From IMG/VR virus record IMGVR_UViG_3300046524_000185: DNA of 64,000 nt. One strand, written 5' to 3'. The DNA is from an uncultured virus (IMG/VR IMGVR_UViG_3300046524_000185). Lineage: Duplodnaviria > Heunggongvirae > Uroviricota > Caudoviricetes. Positions 18,626 through 28,780 of the stretch are shown piece after piece (within the stretch, counting starts at the first letter, position 1; each line of letters begins with the position of its first letter). The notes beneath the pieces were generated by a model that saw only the letters and a program-made list of their open reading frames with translations, was not told where the DNA came from and did not search any database. The position numbers were made by a program, and so were the translations under genes.

Positions 18626-18991
18626 ATGCAGTTTTTCAGAATTTTGTCCGCAGCAGCGATCACGTTGATCGCCACCACCGCTTACGCTGCCAGTGAGCCG
18701 GCACCTACCGGGACTGACAAGAAGGTCGCGGACATCATTCGCAAGTCAGCAAAGGATCCATGGTCGGTTCGGGATCTGAAGGCTGGCAAGCCCCACCAGG
18801 CGGTCGACAATTTCCGCTATCCTCGAGCATGGGCAGTCTGCACGACCTTCTATGCGAAGAATAGTTTCGGGGCGTACAGCCAAGGGTTCTACCTGGTGTT
18901 CTTCAAGAACAACCAGGTGATCGATGCACTCGGCGGGCCGGGGATCGCACCTCATCCTGAGTGCGGTCCCCTTCATTCCGTCAAATTCTAG
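18626..18991 (+). CDS. Secreted/periplasmic protein, moron-like
   Basis: Signal peptide MQFFRILSAAAITLIATTAYA; AVC...AKNSFGAY motif; opposite strand to the tail operon. Confidence 0.65.
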   Translation: MQFFRILSAAAITLIATTAYAASEPAPTGTDKKVADIIRKSAKDPWSVRDLKAGKPHQAVDNFRYPRAWAVCTTFYAKNSFGAYSQGFYLVFFKNNQVIDALGGPGIAPHPECGPLHSVKF

Positions 18992-21900
18992 ATCTGACCC
19001 ATCGCTACCTGCTGGATCAATTGCTTGATCGAGCCGCGGTTCTGGATGTTGGCGCTGACGGTAGCGATGATGTCGTTCGGGCCAGACTGTGGGACTTGAT
19101 CCGGCGAGACAACCCATACGTTGACCATGCCAGGATCCTGCTTCTTGTTGCTGTTCGCAGCGAGACCCTGGAGAGCGCCTTCCGAGATCTGGCGGTTGCC
19201 CAGGTTGTTGATGTGGGTCAACTTATCCTCACCGATCGCCTGGACGGCCGACTGACGCAGAACCATCTCACCAGGCATCAGCTGGTAGGCGCCACCGTCG
19301 CGGAACGGAGCGACCGCACCATTGGCGGCTCGGATCAGGCCACCAACAGCCTTGCCGCCGACGATGCCGAAGAGACCCTCCCCCAGCTGAGAGAGGATGC
19401 TAGAGCCGCCGGATCCACCGCTGAACAGCGACATGATGATCTGGTTGGCGAGGGCCTTGGCGATGATCTGCATGAACATCTGGAGGATGGTCTGGCCGAG
19501 CTGCTTGAACGCCTCGCCGGCCGACATGGTGCCAGAGGAAATGTTCATGAAGAACTGCGAGAAGCCGGAAGACAAACCATCAAGCACCTGACCCCAGGCG
19601 TTGCCCACCTGGGTTGCCAGCGGGATCATCTTACCGGTAGCGTCGATGATCCCGTTCTGCTGAGCCCAGGCTGCGGTTGCGGACTGGATCGCATTGACCG
19701 TTGTTGGCCCCTGGTTCGCCTTGGCAGCGTCGAGGAGGTTGTTCTGCTCCTTCAGCTGGTTGTTCTTCTCGATGAGGTCGTTCTCGAGGGTGCGCCACTG
19801 CAGCACCTCGGTGTCACGCGAGCCGTCCGTGTTGTTCGCTTCTGCGTCAGCCGCCATGCGGCGAACTTCAGCGATCTGCTGCTCGATGAGCAGGACACGG
19901 TTGGCAGCTGCCTCACGCTCGCGATCGACCACGTTCTGCTGAAGCTTCTGAATGTCCAGAGTGGTGTACTTGCTGGCCATGTCGGGCTGCTGGGCAACAT
20001 CCAGTGCAGCCTTGGCGCGATCGACCGGCCGCTGCAGCTCTTCTTCCGCGGCTTTGAAATATTCCTCAATCACCTTCTGAAGGTCGGAGTTGAGGTTTTC
20101 GTGCAGGCCGTCCTTCAGCTCCTTGAGCTTGTTCGTGTAGTCGGTCGGGTTGGTGTTCTTGAGCTCGGCATTCTCAGCATCGAACTTCTTGATCTCCTGA
20201 TCCAGGAGCTGGTCGTGGGCGCTCTGGATCTGTGACTGCAGATCCTTGAGCGACTTTGCGTCGTCCGTGAAGCGGACCTGGGTCTTCAGGTTGCCGATAC
20301 GGGACTTGAGGCTGGTGATCGCAGCTTCTGCCTGGGCCTCGATACCCTTGTTGATGTTCTCCGTGGCCTGACGTTCGGTCTCTTCGAGGATCTTGGACGT
20401 TTCAGCCGAACCGGCGGTGTCCGTGCCAGAAAGAAACGCCTGGGCGCGAGACATGCGCTTGCCGACGTGGTTGATCGACGGATCTTTGTTTGGCCGTTCG
20501 AAGATGTTCATGAACGCCTTCGACAAAGCCTGCGGATCTTCGGTACCTGCCTTCAGCCGTGCGAAGAGATCCGGGTAGTCACGCATAAGCTCCTTCAGTA
20601 CGAAATCATACTGAGTGTTGACATCGTTCGCGGCTGTGCCCTTTTGGATTGCAAAGGACCGGAGCTCGTTCCAGCGTGTGCCTCGCCACTGGGCAACACC
20701 ATGGGCGGTGCCATGGTCGCCTAGAGCATTCGGATTGAACTCGGACTCGACGGACAGGTTCGACGCGATCGCAGCGGCGCCAGCCTTGGAAAGACCGCGG
20801 TCCATATAGTGCTTGATCGCAGACTGGGCGCTACCAGCCATTGCTTGGCTGATCGGCTCGTTCAGATCGATGCCCTCGAGCTGGACGTCAATGTTGCCGA
20901 TCTTGTTGAGCTCGCCGCTGAGCTGGCCGGTCAGCTCCTTGATCTTGTCGACGAGCGCGTTCATGGCTGCACTCGGCGGCGTCTTCTTCAGCTCGGCCGT
21001 TGCTTCCTCGATCTTGGTGCGGAGGGTCTTCGCTGCGTCCTGGACAGCTTCACGCTGGCGCTGCAGCGACTCCTTCTGGAGGTCGAGTTCCTTCTCGTCG
21101 TTGGCACGGTTCTGCTCAGCCAACTCGGCCGCAGCGCGTTCCGTAAACTCCTTCCGCTCCTCCTGCAGCTTCTCGACTGCGTCGGTATCCTTGTTCAGGT
21201 TCGCGAGGCGGATGAGCTCATCATAGAAGTTGATGATCTGTGCCGTCGTCGTCTTGCGGAGCTCGTCGTAGCCCTTCTTCGCAGCCTCGAACGCTTCGTT
21301 GTTCTTGGCACCAGAGATCTGCCGCTGCCAGCGGGCCAGCTCGCGGTTCTGGTTCTGCTCGGCCTTCTTGACTTCCTTCGAGGTGTACTTCGTCTGGTTG
21401 GTGACAGCTTTCTGGCTCGCCTCGTTCAGCTTCAGCTGCAGACTGGCCAGCGCCTGGTCGATCTGCGACGAAACGGACTTGTCGTCGAGACCGGCGAGGT
21501 TGGGGTCGGTCGAAGATTCCTTCGCGAAATCATCCTTGAACGCCTGGATCGACTTGTCGCGAACGGTTTCCAACCACCGGCGGACGGCGCTGTATGCTTC
21601 GATCTTCTCCTCGTCGTTCAGATTCCCGGTCGAGATCGCGCTCATCTTGTCGTCGAACGTCTTCTGGATGAACTGCGACTTCTCGCTCAAACGACCAAAG
21701 GACTTCGAGCCCTGAATTCCAGCGTCGGCTTCGCGGCGCAGGATGGTGACGAGATCGGCGTCGGCTGCGGCAGTCTTGGTCAGGTTGGCAACGATCGGGT
21801 CGAGCGTGGCCTTCAGCTCCGTGAGGAAGCCGAGGCTACCGTTGGGGTCGCCCTGGCGCTGAGCAACACCGATCTGTTCATTCACGTACTTGCCGAGGGA

Positions 21901-24363
21901 AAGGGCCTGACGTGCATCGTGGACCTGGCTGAGATCGCCAAGCGAGATTCGAAGCGCCTCACCGATGTTGGTGCCGAAACGCTTGCTGATCTGCTCGATG
22001 AGGTAGTTGTTCGCAGAGGTCTCGATCCCACCACCGGCACCACCAACCGCCTGATCGGCCAGACCACGGATGTAGTTGGCTTGAGGACCATTGTGGTCGG
22101 TGAGCTTCCCGCGCTGTTCCTTCAGTTTGTCGATCTCGCCACGGCGAGCTTCAGCGGCCTCAGCCAGCTCAGCGGCACGAACTCGGGAGGATGTCGCACG
22201 AAGGTCGTTCAGCTCACGGATGAGGTCCGTGACCGACATGGTGTCGTCCTTGATGGACAGACCGAGCTCGTTGAACTGGGCACGGAGCTCATCGATCTTG
22301 GCGCCACGCATGATCCGGTCGCCGTCAAGTTCTTTGCGGCGGTCGATCAGACCTTGGATCGCGGTGTCGAGCGAGCCGATCTTGCTTTCGGTCGCGTCGG
22401 CCGCGCCCTTCAGCTCATTGACCTTGGACTCGAGGTCGTCGATGCTCTTGGTGAGTTCGTCGGTCTTACCCTTCCAGGCAAAGAAGGCTCCCGCCGCCAG
22501 GGCGACACCCGCGATGACAAGACCGATCCAGTTGGTGAGAGTGAGAGCGGATAGGCCGGCGAGGACGCGGCCGAAGAAGCCAACGGCGACAGCACCCTCA
22601 GTAGCGGCTAGTCCCACGCCCTTGAACCCAGTGGCGAAGTTGGCGAGCAGCGGGATCATCAGACCCAGGCTCTTGATCAAGCTGCCAAACAGCGAGACGC
22701 CGAGCACGGTTGCGAAGGTGCCGGCGACAGCGCCGATCGCCTGAAGCACTCCAGGAAATTTATTGAGCCAGGAGAAGACAGTGGTGGCACCGGCGATTAT
22801 CTGCTGCAGTGTCGCCACGATGGGCTCGAACGCGGTGAAGACAGAAGCGCCGAGAGTGTTCTTGAAGACCTGGGCGGTGTTGCTCAGCGACTTCATCTGA
22901 ATGGCGTTCGCCTCGACAGCTGCAGCCGATAGCGTGAAGCTACGCTGCATATCACGAGCCAGTTCTGTGTTGTTCGCCAGTGCCAGGAAGGCTGCTGCGG
23001 AACGCGTCTCGAGAGTTTCGTAGGCCTCGGCTGCGCCAAAGCCCGCCTTCTTCAGCGTCTCGATAACAGGCAGAAAGCCCTTCGTCTTGACGTTGATGTC
23101 GTCGACGGACAGGCCAGCAGCCCTCAACACGTCGACCAGTTTCTTGGATGGAGACTGGAGGTCGGTGAGCAGAGCACGGAAGCCTGTGCCCATCGTCGAG
23201 GCCTTCACGCCAGACTGGGAAAGAGCACCGAGGATCGAGGTCGTCTCCTCGAGCGTCAGGCCAAGAGCTTCGGCGGTCGGGCCGATGTAGTTCAGCGAGG
23301 TCTGCAGCTTGTCGACGGACAGCTTCGAGAGGTTGAGCGCCGCGGTGAAGATGTTGGCGACGTCACCCGTGCGGCTCGTTTCGAGGTTGAAGGCCGTGAG
23401 GGTCGAGGTCACGACGTCAACAGCCTGCGACAGGCTCGAGCCCGTGGCCGTAGCAAACTGCGCGATCGAGCCAAGGGACTCGCTGACCTGGCCAGTGGAC
23501 AGACCCGCCTGGGCAAGGGCGGTTGCGGCCTGGGTGATCTGGAGCGTGGTGTACGGAACAGACTGGGAGATCTGCACCAGGTTCTGCTTGAACTGCACCA
23601 TCTCCTTGTTCGTGGCAGCAGAGATCGCCTGGTACTGATGCAGTTCCTTGTCCAGCTCGACGAGGCCGGTTCCGGCGCCCTTGATCGTGTTGAACAGGCC
23701 ACCGACTGCGGCGTAGTTCAGCATGACGCGACCTTGGATTCCCATGAGATCGGCGCCGCCGTTATAGTTCAGCTGCTCGAGACGGTTGCGGCTCGACAGG
23801 GCGGCGCGACCATTCTCTGCGGCATAGATGGCGTCGGCACGGCGCTGGTTGGCCAGCGTGTTGCGGGCGCTGAGATAACGATCGTCGGAGTTCGCGATCG
23901 ACTGGTTGTTGGCGAACGTGGCGTTTTTGATGCGAGCTGCGACCGCGGCCTCGGTCGTCTTCAGAAGGCTGACGGTCTGCTTGACGATCGCCTCAGTGAC
24001 GCGGGCTTCTGCAGCCTTTGCGGTGTTCTGAATATCGTTGACGAGTGCCTGGGCGGCGACTCGGTTGAGCTGGTTTTCCTGAGACTTCTGGACGCCCGAG
24101 CCCTGGCCAAGTTGCTGGTAGCGAGCTCCGAGGATCGAGGTGGCACTGCGCTCGGCACGGGCGCGAGCAGCAGTGCCTTTCTCGGTTGCGGCGACCATGT
24201 CGCTGAGGAGCTTGGTCAGCTCGAGAATGCCCTTCTTAGCAGTCCCGAGATTACTGTTGAACTTGGCTGTGACACCGTCGAGTTGTTTACGAACCTTCTC
24301 CAGCTCATCTCGAGCCTGGGCAGCGTTCAGTTCATAATCAACTTCAAAGGTATTCTCAGCCAA
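18988..24363 (-). CDS. Tape measure protein with internal phage-tail lysozyme domain
   Basis: 1791 aa, Ala-rich helical; TMP core (AQAGLS, SQSGVKASTMGTGFR); lysozyme-like AAAIASNLSVESEFNP..GVAQW.GTR..FERP. Confidence 0.92.
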   Translation of the reverse strand: MAENTFEVDYELNAAQARDELEKVRKQLDGVTAKFNSNLGTAKKGILELTKLLSDMVAATEKGTAARARAERSATSILGARYQQLGQGSGVQKSQENQLNRVAAQALVNDIQNTAKAAEARVTEAIVKQTVSLLKTTEAAVAARIKNATFANNQSIANSDDRYLSARNTLANQRRADAIYAAENGRAALSSRNRLEQLNYNGGADLMGIQGRVMLNYAAVGGLFNTIKGAGTGLVELDKELHQYQAISAATNKEMVQFKQNLVQISQSVPYTTLQITQAATALAQAGLSTGQVSESLGSIAQFATATGSSLSQAVDVVTSTLTAFNLETSRTGDVANIFTAALNLSKLSVDKLQTSLNYIGPTAEALGLTLEETTSILGALSQSGVKASTMGTGFRALLTDLQSPSKKLVDVLRAAGLSVDDINVKTKGFLPVIETLKKAGFGAAEAYETLETRSAAAFLALANNTELARDMQRSFTLSAAAVEANAIQMKSLSNTAQVFKNTLGASVFTAFEPIVATLQQIIAGATTVFSWLNKFPGVLQAIGAVAGTFATVLGVSLFGSLIKSLGLMIPLLANFATGFKGVGLAATEGAVAVGFFGRVLAGLSALTLTNWIGLVIAGVALAAGAFFAWKGKTDELTKSIDDLESKVNELKGAADATESKIGSLDTAIQGLIDRRKELDGDRIMRGAKIDELRAQFNELGLSIKDDTMSVTDLIRELNDLRATSSRVRAAELAEAAEARRGEIDKLKEQRGKLTDHNGPQANYIRGLADQAVGGAGGGIETSANNYLIEQISKRFGTNIGEALRISLGDLSQVHDARQALSLGKYVNEQIGVAQRQGDPNGSLGFLTELKATLDPIVANLTKTAAADADLVTILRREADAGIQGSKSFGRLSEKSQFIQKTFDDKMSAISTGNLNDEEKIEAYSAVRRWLETVRDKSIQAFKDDFAKESSTDPNLAGLDDKSVSSQIDQALASLQLKLNEASQKAVTNQTKYTSKEVKKAEQNQNRELARWQRQISGAKNNEAFEAAKKGYDELRKTTTAQIINFYDELIRLANLNKDTDAVEKLQEERKEFTERAAAELAEQNRANDEKELDLQKESLQRQREAVQDAAKTLRTKIEEATAELKKTPPSAAMNALVDKIKELTGQLSGELNKIGNIDVQLEGIDLNEPISQAMAGSAQSAIKHYMDRGLSKAGAAAIASNLSVESEFNPNALGDHGTAHGVAQWRGTRWNELRSFAIQKGTAANDVNTQYDFVLKELMRDYPDLFARLKAGTEDPQALSKAFMNIFERPNKDPSINHVGKRMSRAQAFLSGTDTAGSAETSKILEETERQATENINKGIEAQAEAAITSLKSRIGNLKTQVRFTDDAKSLKDLQSQIQSAHDQLLDQEIKKFDAENAELKNTNPTDYTNKLKELKDGLHENLNSDLQKVIEEYFKAAEEELQRPVDRAKAALDVAQQPDMASKYTTLDIQKLQQNVVDREREAAANRVLLIEQQIAEVRRMAADAEANNTDGSRDTEVLQWRTLENDLIEKNNQLKEQNNLLDAAKANQGPTTVNAIQSATAAWAQQNGIIDATGKMIPLATQVGNAWGQVLDGLSSGFSQFFMNISSGTMSAGEAFKQLGQTILQMFMQIIAKALANQIIMSLFSGGSGGSSILSQLGEGLFGIVGGKAVGGLIRAANGAVAPFRDGGAYQLMPGEMVLRQSAVQAIGEDKLTHINNLGNRQISEGALQGLAANSNKKQDPGMVNVWVVSPDQVPQSGPNDIIATVSANIQNRGSIKQLIQQVAMGQI

Positions 24364-24733
24364 GTGTGCCTCCTACGTCGGCAAATGCCCTGGCGAGTTG
24401 ATCGAAGGTTTGGATCGCCTCGCTCTCATCAGGTTTGGAGTTTCCTCCCCCTCCGAGTGCTTCATCGACTACCAGGCGGAACGTTTCGTATTCCTGGTAG
24501 TATCCGGCCATACGCTCCTGTGATTTCAAACTCACCAGAGTGGTCAGATCCTCGAGGGAGTGCGACCAGTACACTTCCTCGAGAAGGCTGGGCCTGACGC
24601 CCAGCGCCCAAATTATGCTGTCGCGGAAGCTAAGCTCCGCAAGCCATCCATGGAAGACTTGAGGCCCTCGAGTAGGCTTTTGTGGTTTTCCACGTGCTTG
24701 GCTGACTTTGCCAAGCGCCGCATGAAAAAACCC
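24356..24733 (-). CDS. Tail assembly chaperone GT extension (-1 frame)
   Basis: The -1 frame is open from the slippery GGGTTTT at 24733 to the stop at 24356. Confidence 0.75.
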   Translation of the reverse strand, partial: GFFHAALGKVSQARGKPQKPTRGPQVFHGWLAELSFRDSIIWALGVRPSLLEEVYWSHSLEDLTTLVSLKSQERMAGYYQEYETFRLVVDEALGGGGNSKPDESEAIQTFDQLARAFADVGGTLG

Positions 24734-25020
24734 ATGAGGTGCTCTCCAGCCCAGTCGAGAACCGCTTCAACGTCGTCGATGGAGATCTCGATCTCTTCGA
24801 GATCCGCGATCGCCTGGACGACCTTGCCGGTGACCTTGCGTTCAGCCAGGACGGCCTTCAGAACTTCGGTTCGAAGTTCATCGTCGAGGGACATTGCCGG
24901 CACCAGTTCGGGCGAGCCGACTGCGATCGAAAGCACGTTCAGAAGTCCATAGGACATGAAGAGTTCGCGCTCTTTGCCGTCCTGAGTAATGGTCAATTTT
25001 GGATTGGGAATTTCGGTCAT
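24613..25020 (-). CDS. Tail assembly chaperone G
   Basis: Lies between tail tube and TMP; contains in-frame G GGT TTT slippery site. Confidence 0.75.
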   Translation of the reverse strand: MTEIPNPKLTITQDGKERELFMSYGLLNVLSIAVGSPELVPAMSLDDELRTEVLKAVLAERKVTGKVVQAIADLEEIEISIDDVEAVLDWAGEHLMGFFMRRLAKSAKHVENHKSLLEGLKSSMDGLRSLASATA

Positions 25021-25044
25021 TTGTGATCCAGAGTTACAAACAAT

Positions 25045-25075
25045 TGCGCCCCAGTCATGTGGTGACTGGGGCGCA
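25045..25075. terminator. 13-bp inverted repeat after the tail tube gene (terminator or processing hairpin)
   Basis: TGCGCCCCAGTCA-TGTGG-TGACTGGGGCGCA. Confidence 0.55.
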
Positions 25076-25098
25076 TATTTGCAAGAGAGTTTGAGGGC

Positions 25099-25899
25099 TT
25101 AGCGGTTGAAGAGGATGGCCGCTGCAGGTCCGTATTCAGCGTAAAGAGGATCGCTCTCGACACCAGAGTACGGAGTGAACTCAAACGGCAGGTTGCCGAA
25201 GTTGTCCGTCTGGAACGCGACACCGAGACCCTTCGTGATCTTGACCTTCGGCAGGTAGATCGTGAACGGCGCGTTGTCGACCGGTAGGAGGCCGACGATC
25301 TTGACCGCGAATTCCGGCTGCACATCCGTGCCACCAACGTCGATACGCTTGACCTTACCGATACGGGTACCGATCGGGAACGTGACCGTCGCAGATGGCT
25401 CGTAGCCAGCGGCGAGGGTGATCGTGGTCTTGGCCGCAGCGAAGGCAGACGAGGCGACCTTGGCAATGTGGACCTTATCGTCCAGGCCGTTCTGCAGGAA
25501 GATGTAGTCGCCGGCACTCAGCTTCGCACTGATGTCGGTGCCAACTTCGATCGTCTTGCCAGCCGTTGCGTAGGCGCCGGATGCGATCCAGATGTCGGTG
25601 ATCGAATCGAACTCAACGCCCGAGGCGTCGAGACCAGCTGCGTAAGCCATGTTGCGGAGCGTGTACTCGTAGACTTCCATCGAGCACTTCAGGCCTTCGC
25701 CGTTCTTGACGGACATGACGACCGAGTTCTTGACGCCCTGCGTGAGCTCGACGAACGTCGGATCAGCGGTCATCTGGAAGTTCTTGACGAGACCGATCGA
25801 GTGTTCGGCAGGGTTGAGTTGGTGCAGCTTGTCAGGAGCGCCAATCATGACGGTCGCCGTAGAAAGAAGGAAGTTTTTGGTCTTAGCGTTGCCAGCCAT
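25099..25899 (-). CDS. Major tail tube protein
   Basis: 266 aa, beta-rich, precedes the chaperones; strongly biased codons. Confidence 0.75.
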   Translation of the reverse strand: MAGNAKTKNFLLSTATVMIGAPDKLHQLNPAEHSIGLVKNFQMTADPTFVELTQGVKNSVVMSVKNGEGLKCSMEVYEYTLRNMAYAAGLDASGVEFDSITDIWIASGAYATAGKTIEVGTDISAKLSAGDYIFLQNGLDDKVHIAKVASSAFAAAKTTITLAAGYEPSATVTFPIGTRIGKVKRIDVGGTDVQPEFAVKIVGLLPVDNAPFTIYLPKVKITKGLGVAFQTDNFGNLPFEFTPYSGVESDPLYAEYGPAAAILFNR

Positions 25900-25999
25900 G
25901 GGTGAGAGTTCCTCATTGTTCAGAACAGGTGTTGCTGCTTGATAAATGAGGAGAGATACTTATATTTGCTAGGCACAAGATTATTCAAAATGGTGGGAA

Positions 26000-26203
26000 A
26001 TGCGTCGTCTTTCAACTAGCCTTCCAGACGAGTTATTTGCACTGCTTGAAGGCAGAGCAGAGATCAATCGTCGATCGATGAACAAGGAAGTCATCTTCCT
26101 TCTTGAAGCCGCGCTCGCTGCAGAGCACGGCGATAATCTGGAGATCCTCCGGACTGTCATGATTGCCCAGGGCGGGCTCTCGTCTCTCAGCCAGTCGCAG
26201 TGA
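26000..26203 (+). CDS. Arc-like ribbon-helix-helix regulator
   Basis: LPDEL..L..RAE.NRRSMNKEV..LLE matches the Arc family pattern. Confidence 0.75.
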   Translation: MRRLSTSLPDELFALLEGRAEINRRSMNKEVIFLLEAALAAEHGDNLEILRTVMIAQGGLSSLSQSQ

Positions 26204-26639
26204 CTGGGTCGAAGACAAACTGACATTGAACGAATTGGAGAGGGCGGGCATCCGCCCTCGTCATTGGTAGCACAATCGTCCCATCGACAATGTGAAACCA
26301 TCCCTTCTGCTCGAGCGTCTCATGATCGTAGAAGGGCACTTTCATCCCCGGCCGCAGCCGGTTGAAAACCTCTCCCACATAATTGCGAAGCCTGAAGAGA
26401 TTGCTGTCGTCGGCATAGGTCGACACACCGATCGTGAACGAGCCGTTGAACAACTCAGGCTGATCCTCCGTGAAGGTGATCGCCGTTGTGCCAATGAGGT
26501 CGCCTTCTGGCAGCTCCTGGATGTTGGCATGGGCTTCCCAGTCCACGTATTCAATGTCGACGCCTGGGTATTTGGCTCGACGATCGTCGATGATATCGTT
26601 CGAGAAGGCGACGATGGATCCCCAAATGTTCTCATACAT
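26187..26639 (-). CDS. Putative tail terminator/completion protein
   Basis: 150 aa, directly upstream of the tail tube gene. Confidence 0.5.
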   Translation of the reverse strand: MYENIWGSIVAFSNDIIDDRRAKYPGVDIEYVDWEAHANIQELPEGDLIGTTAITFTEDQPELFNGSFTIGVSTYADDSNLFRLRNYVGEVFNRLRPGMKVPFYDHETLEQKGWFHIVDGTIVLPMTRADARPLQFVQCQFVFDPVTATG

Positions 26640-26651
26640 ATTAGCAAACCC

Positions 26652-27512
26652 TTACTTGAGGCTGTTCTGGATCGTGGTCGCAACAATCCGCGGTATGCGG
26701 TTCAGCGCCCAGAAGGTGAAGATCGGCTGGAGGAGCGGACGATGATGTCCGTCTACACCACGTAGCTTTCGAAGTGACGGCTTGGAGATCCCGAGGCTCC
26801 GTTCGAACAGAACATTCGGATCCCAGTTCGAGACTTCAGCGGTATGGGCACCAGGTAGGTTCTTGAGGTTGGCCTTCGGCAAGAAGGCAATCTGGATCTT
26901 GCCGACCTTGATGCGCTTCGGAAGATCCTTCGACGAGCGGAAGTTCTTCGCGTTGCCCTTCATGTAACCCACTGTGACCGTGCCGGTCTTGGTCGTGATG
27001 GTCTTGGCGAGCTGGCGCAGCTCAGCCTGCAGAGCACCGGTGTGGACGAAGTATTGCCGCGCTCGCTCGCGAGGAGAGTCACCTCGGCCGGCGACAGCTC
27101 CGTTTGCCTGGGTGTTCGACTTCTTCATAATGGTCTTGAGGCTCAGCGCTTCCCAATAGATGACGTCGCCAGTCTTGAGGCTTTCGATCTGGGCCTTACT
27201 GGCATTGACAATCGGATTGTATGGCTCCGACCAATCGAAATGGATTGCCGTCTCTGCACCCCTACCCTTCATGGCCACATTCGATTTCGTACCAACCATG
27301 GTGTTAGCTGCGAAATTAACTGCGGCCTCGAGCGAGCGCTCCACACGGCCGGTCAGCTTTGCCCGCAACGCCTGGACCTGGACGCGGTCGACAGTTGCGG
27401 CTTGGTCCACGGTCTTCACGCCTACCGCCTGGATGAACTGGTCGATGCCTTCAGACATCTCAGCGTTGCTGACCTTGCGGTTCCCGACCTTGAAGGTGAC
27501 CTTGACGGGCAC
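26652..27512 (-). CDS. Neck/tail completion-like protein
   Basis: Basic protein in the head-tail joining block; TGAL and RPLL motifs. Confidence 0.5.
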   Translation of the reverse strand: MPVKVTFKVGNRKVSNAEMSEGIDQFIQAVGVKTVDQAATVDRVQVQALRAKLTGRVERSLEAAVNFAANTMVGTKSNVAMKGRGAETAIHFDWSEPYNPIVNASKAQIESLKTGDVIYWEALSLKTIMKKSNTQANGAVAGRGDSPRERARQYFVHTGALQAELRQLAKTITTKTGTVTVGYMKGNAKNFRSSKDLPKRIKVGKIQIAFLPKANLKNLPGAHTAEVSNWDPNVLFERSLGISKPSLRKLRGVDGHHRPLLQPIFTFWALNRIPRIVATTIQNSLK

Positions 27513-28057
27513 TACTGGATCTCCGCGAGATAGACACCACGGACGACATCGATACGCTTGACCGTCATGCCCCTGACGATGTCGTTGAGCTCGAGCTTTG
27601 CCGCGGTGAAGACGGTGAAGGATTGCTCCTTCACACGCATGGTGCCATCGGCCTGCTCACGGTTCACACGTTCAGGCAGGATCCAGATATCACCAAGCGG
27701 CTGTCGGCCGGCGGACTTCGGCCGCTTTGTCAGCGGGTCGATGACTTGCGTCTCGCGCTCCCAGGCCACCTGCTCGGTGAGTGGGATCAGCATGTGCGAT
27801 CGGTACTCAGCGACGTTGTAGGCGAAGGAGCCATCGTGGTCGGCCACCAGGTAACGGCGCTCGAGGCCGTCGATGATCACGTCGAGGGTCTGGACCAGGC
27901 AGTCCGGAGAAACGCGGAGGAGACGACGGGGGAAGCTGAAATCGTAGCCGATCAGCTTGCCCTCGAGATCCTGCTCGACGGTGCCTTTGAATGGCAGTCC
28001 GTCGTCACGATACATCAGGCTGTCGAAACGAAGGCCGGCGGTTTTCAGGCTAACCAT
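27512..28057 (-). CDS. Putative head closure protein
   Basis: Synteny in the head-tail joining block. Confidence 0.5.
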   Translation of the reverse strand: MVSLKTAGLRFDSLMYRDDGLPFKGTVEQDLEGKLIGYDFSFPRRLLRVSPDCLVQTLDVIIDGLERRYLVADHDGSFAYNVAEYRSHMLIPLTEQVAWERETQVIDPLTKRPKSAGRQPLGDIWILPERVNREQADGTMRVKEQSFTVFTAAKLELNDIVRGMTVKRIDVVRGVYLAEIQ

Positions 28058-28060
28058 TCA

Positions 28061-28780
28061 TCACCCCGTGATTGCGTCAGTGTTCGAGGTGACCAGGAAG
28101 AACGACGGCGTGACTTCGTTCTTGGTCACGACCTGGTCGATGGCTTCCTGGTAGCGCTTCTCGGCTTCGATCTTCAGCTTGTCGAGCTCCTTCAGATCCA
28201 CGCGGCTGAATTCCTTGACGCCGTTCTTCTCGGACTGAGCCATCCGCTGCTTGGCGGATGGCAGCACATCGAGAACAGCTCGCATGCAGATCAGGGTGTT
28301 AGCGGCGAGCTCGGCCGTGGTGCCCGAAACGAGTGCTGCTGCGAGCTCGTCGGCGCCGATTTCACGCTCGACCGTGAGGAACGCGGAGAAGATATCGATG
28401 TCAGAGTCCGGGAGCTCGTGCTCCTCGATACCGATGAAGGCGCGGACTTGTTGACCAGTTGTGGTGTGGACGGGTTCCGGCACAACGCGGTAAGCGCGAT
28501 TGAGCTGGACTTCCTGACCCTGGACGGTGAATTTGACGACGACTGTGCGGCGCTCAAAGCTGCGCGTCGGGTCGATCTGGTGGGCCGACGACGGAACGAG
28601 GACCGTCATCTGATAGGTCGCGGAGGTGGTGACATAAGGAATGTCCTCCAGCCCTGGCATAGCGGCGCCCGCCTGGTTGCGGACGGTGTATGTTACGGAC
28701 CCGAGATCAGGGGCAACCGGCCGGTCGCCAACCATGAATGGGATGGTCAATGCAGACGGTGTGCCCCCGATGATGTCCAT
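28061..28780 (-). CDS. Putative head-tail adaptor
   Basis: Synteny; VRAFIGI...ELPD motif. Confidence 0.5.
   Translation of the reverse strand: MDIIGGTPSALTIPFMVGDRPVAPDLGSVTYTVRNQAGAAMPGLEDIPYVTTSATYQMTVLVPSSAHQIDPTRSFERRTVVVKFTVQGQEVQLNRAYRVVPEPVHTTTGQQVRAFIGIEEHELPDSDIDIFSAFLTVEREIGADELAAALVSGTTAELAANTLICMRAVLDVLPSAKQRMAQSEKNGVKEFSRVDLKELDKLKIEAEKRYQEAIDQVVTKNEVTPSFFLVTSNTDAITG

Noticed and set aside
18961..24597. Long + strand ORFs (424, 581, 319 aa) and similar long antisense ORFs elsewhere
   Set aside because: Antisense shadows of high-GC genes such as the tape measure; no motifs or ribosome-binding sites.
25908..25921. LexA box upstream of the tail tube gene
   Set aside because: GTTC-CTCATT-GTTC has a 6-bp spacer, not 7.
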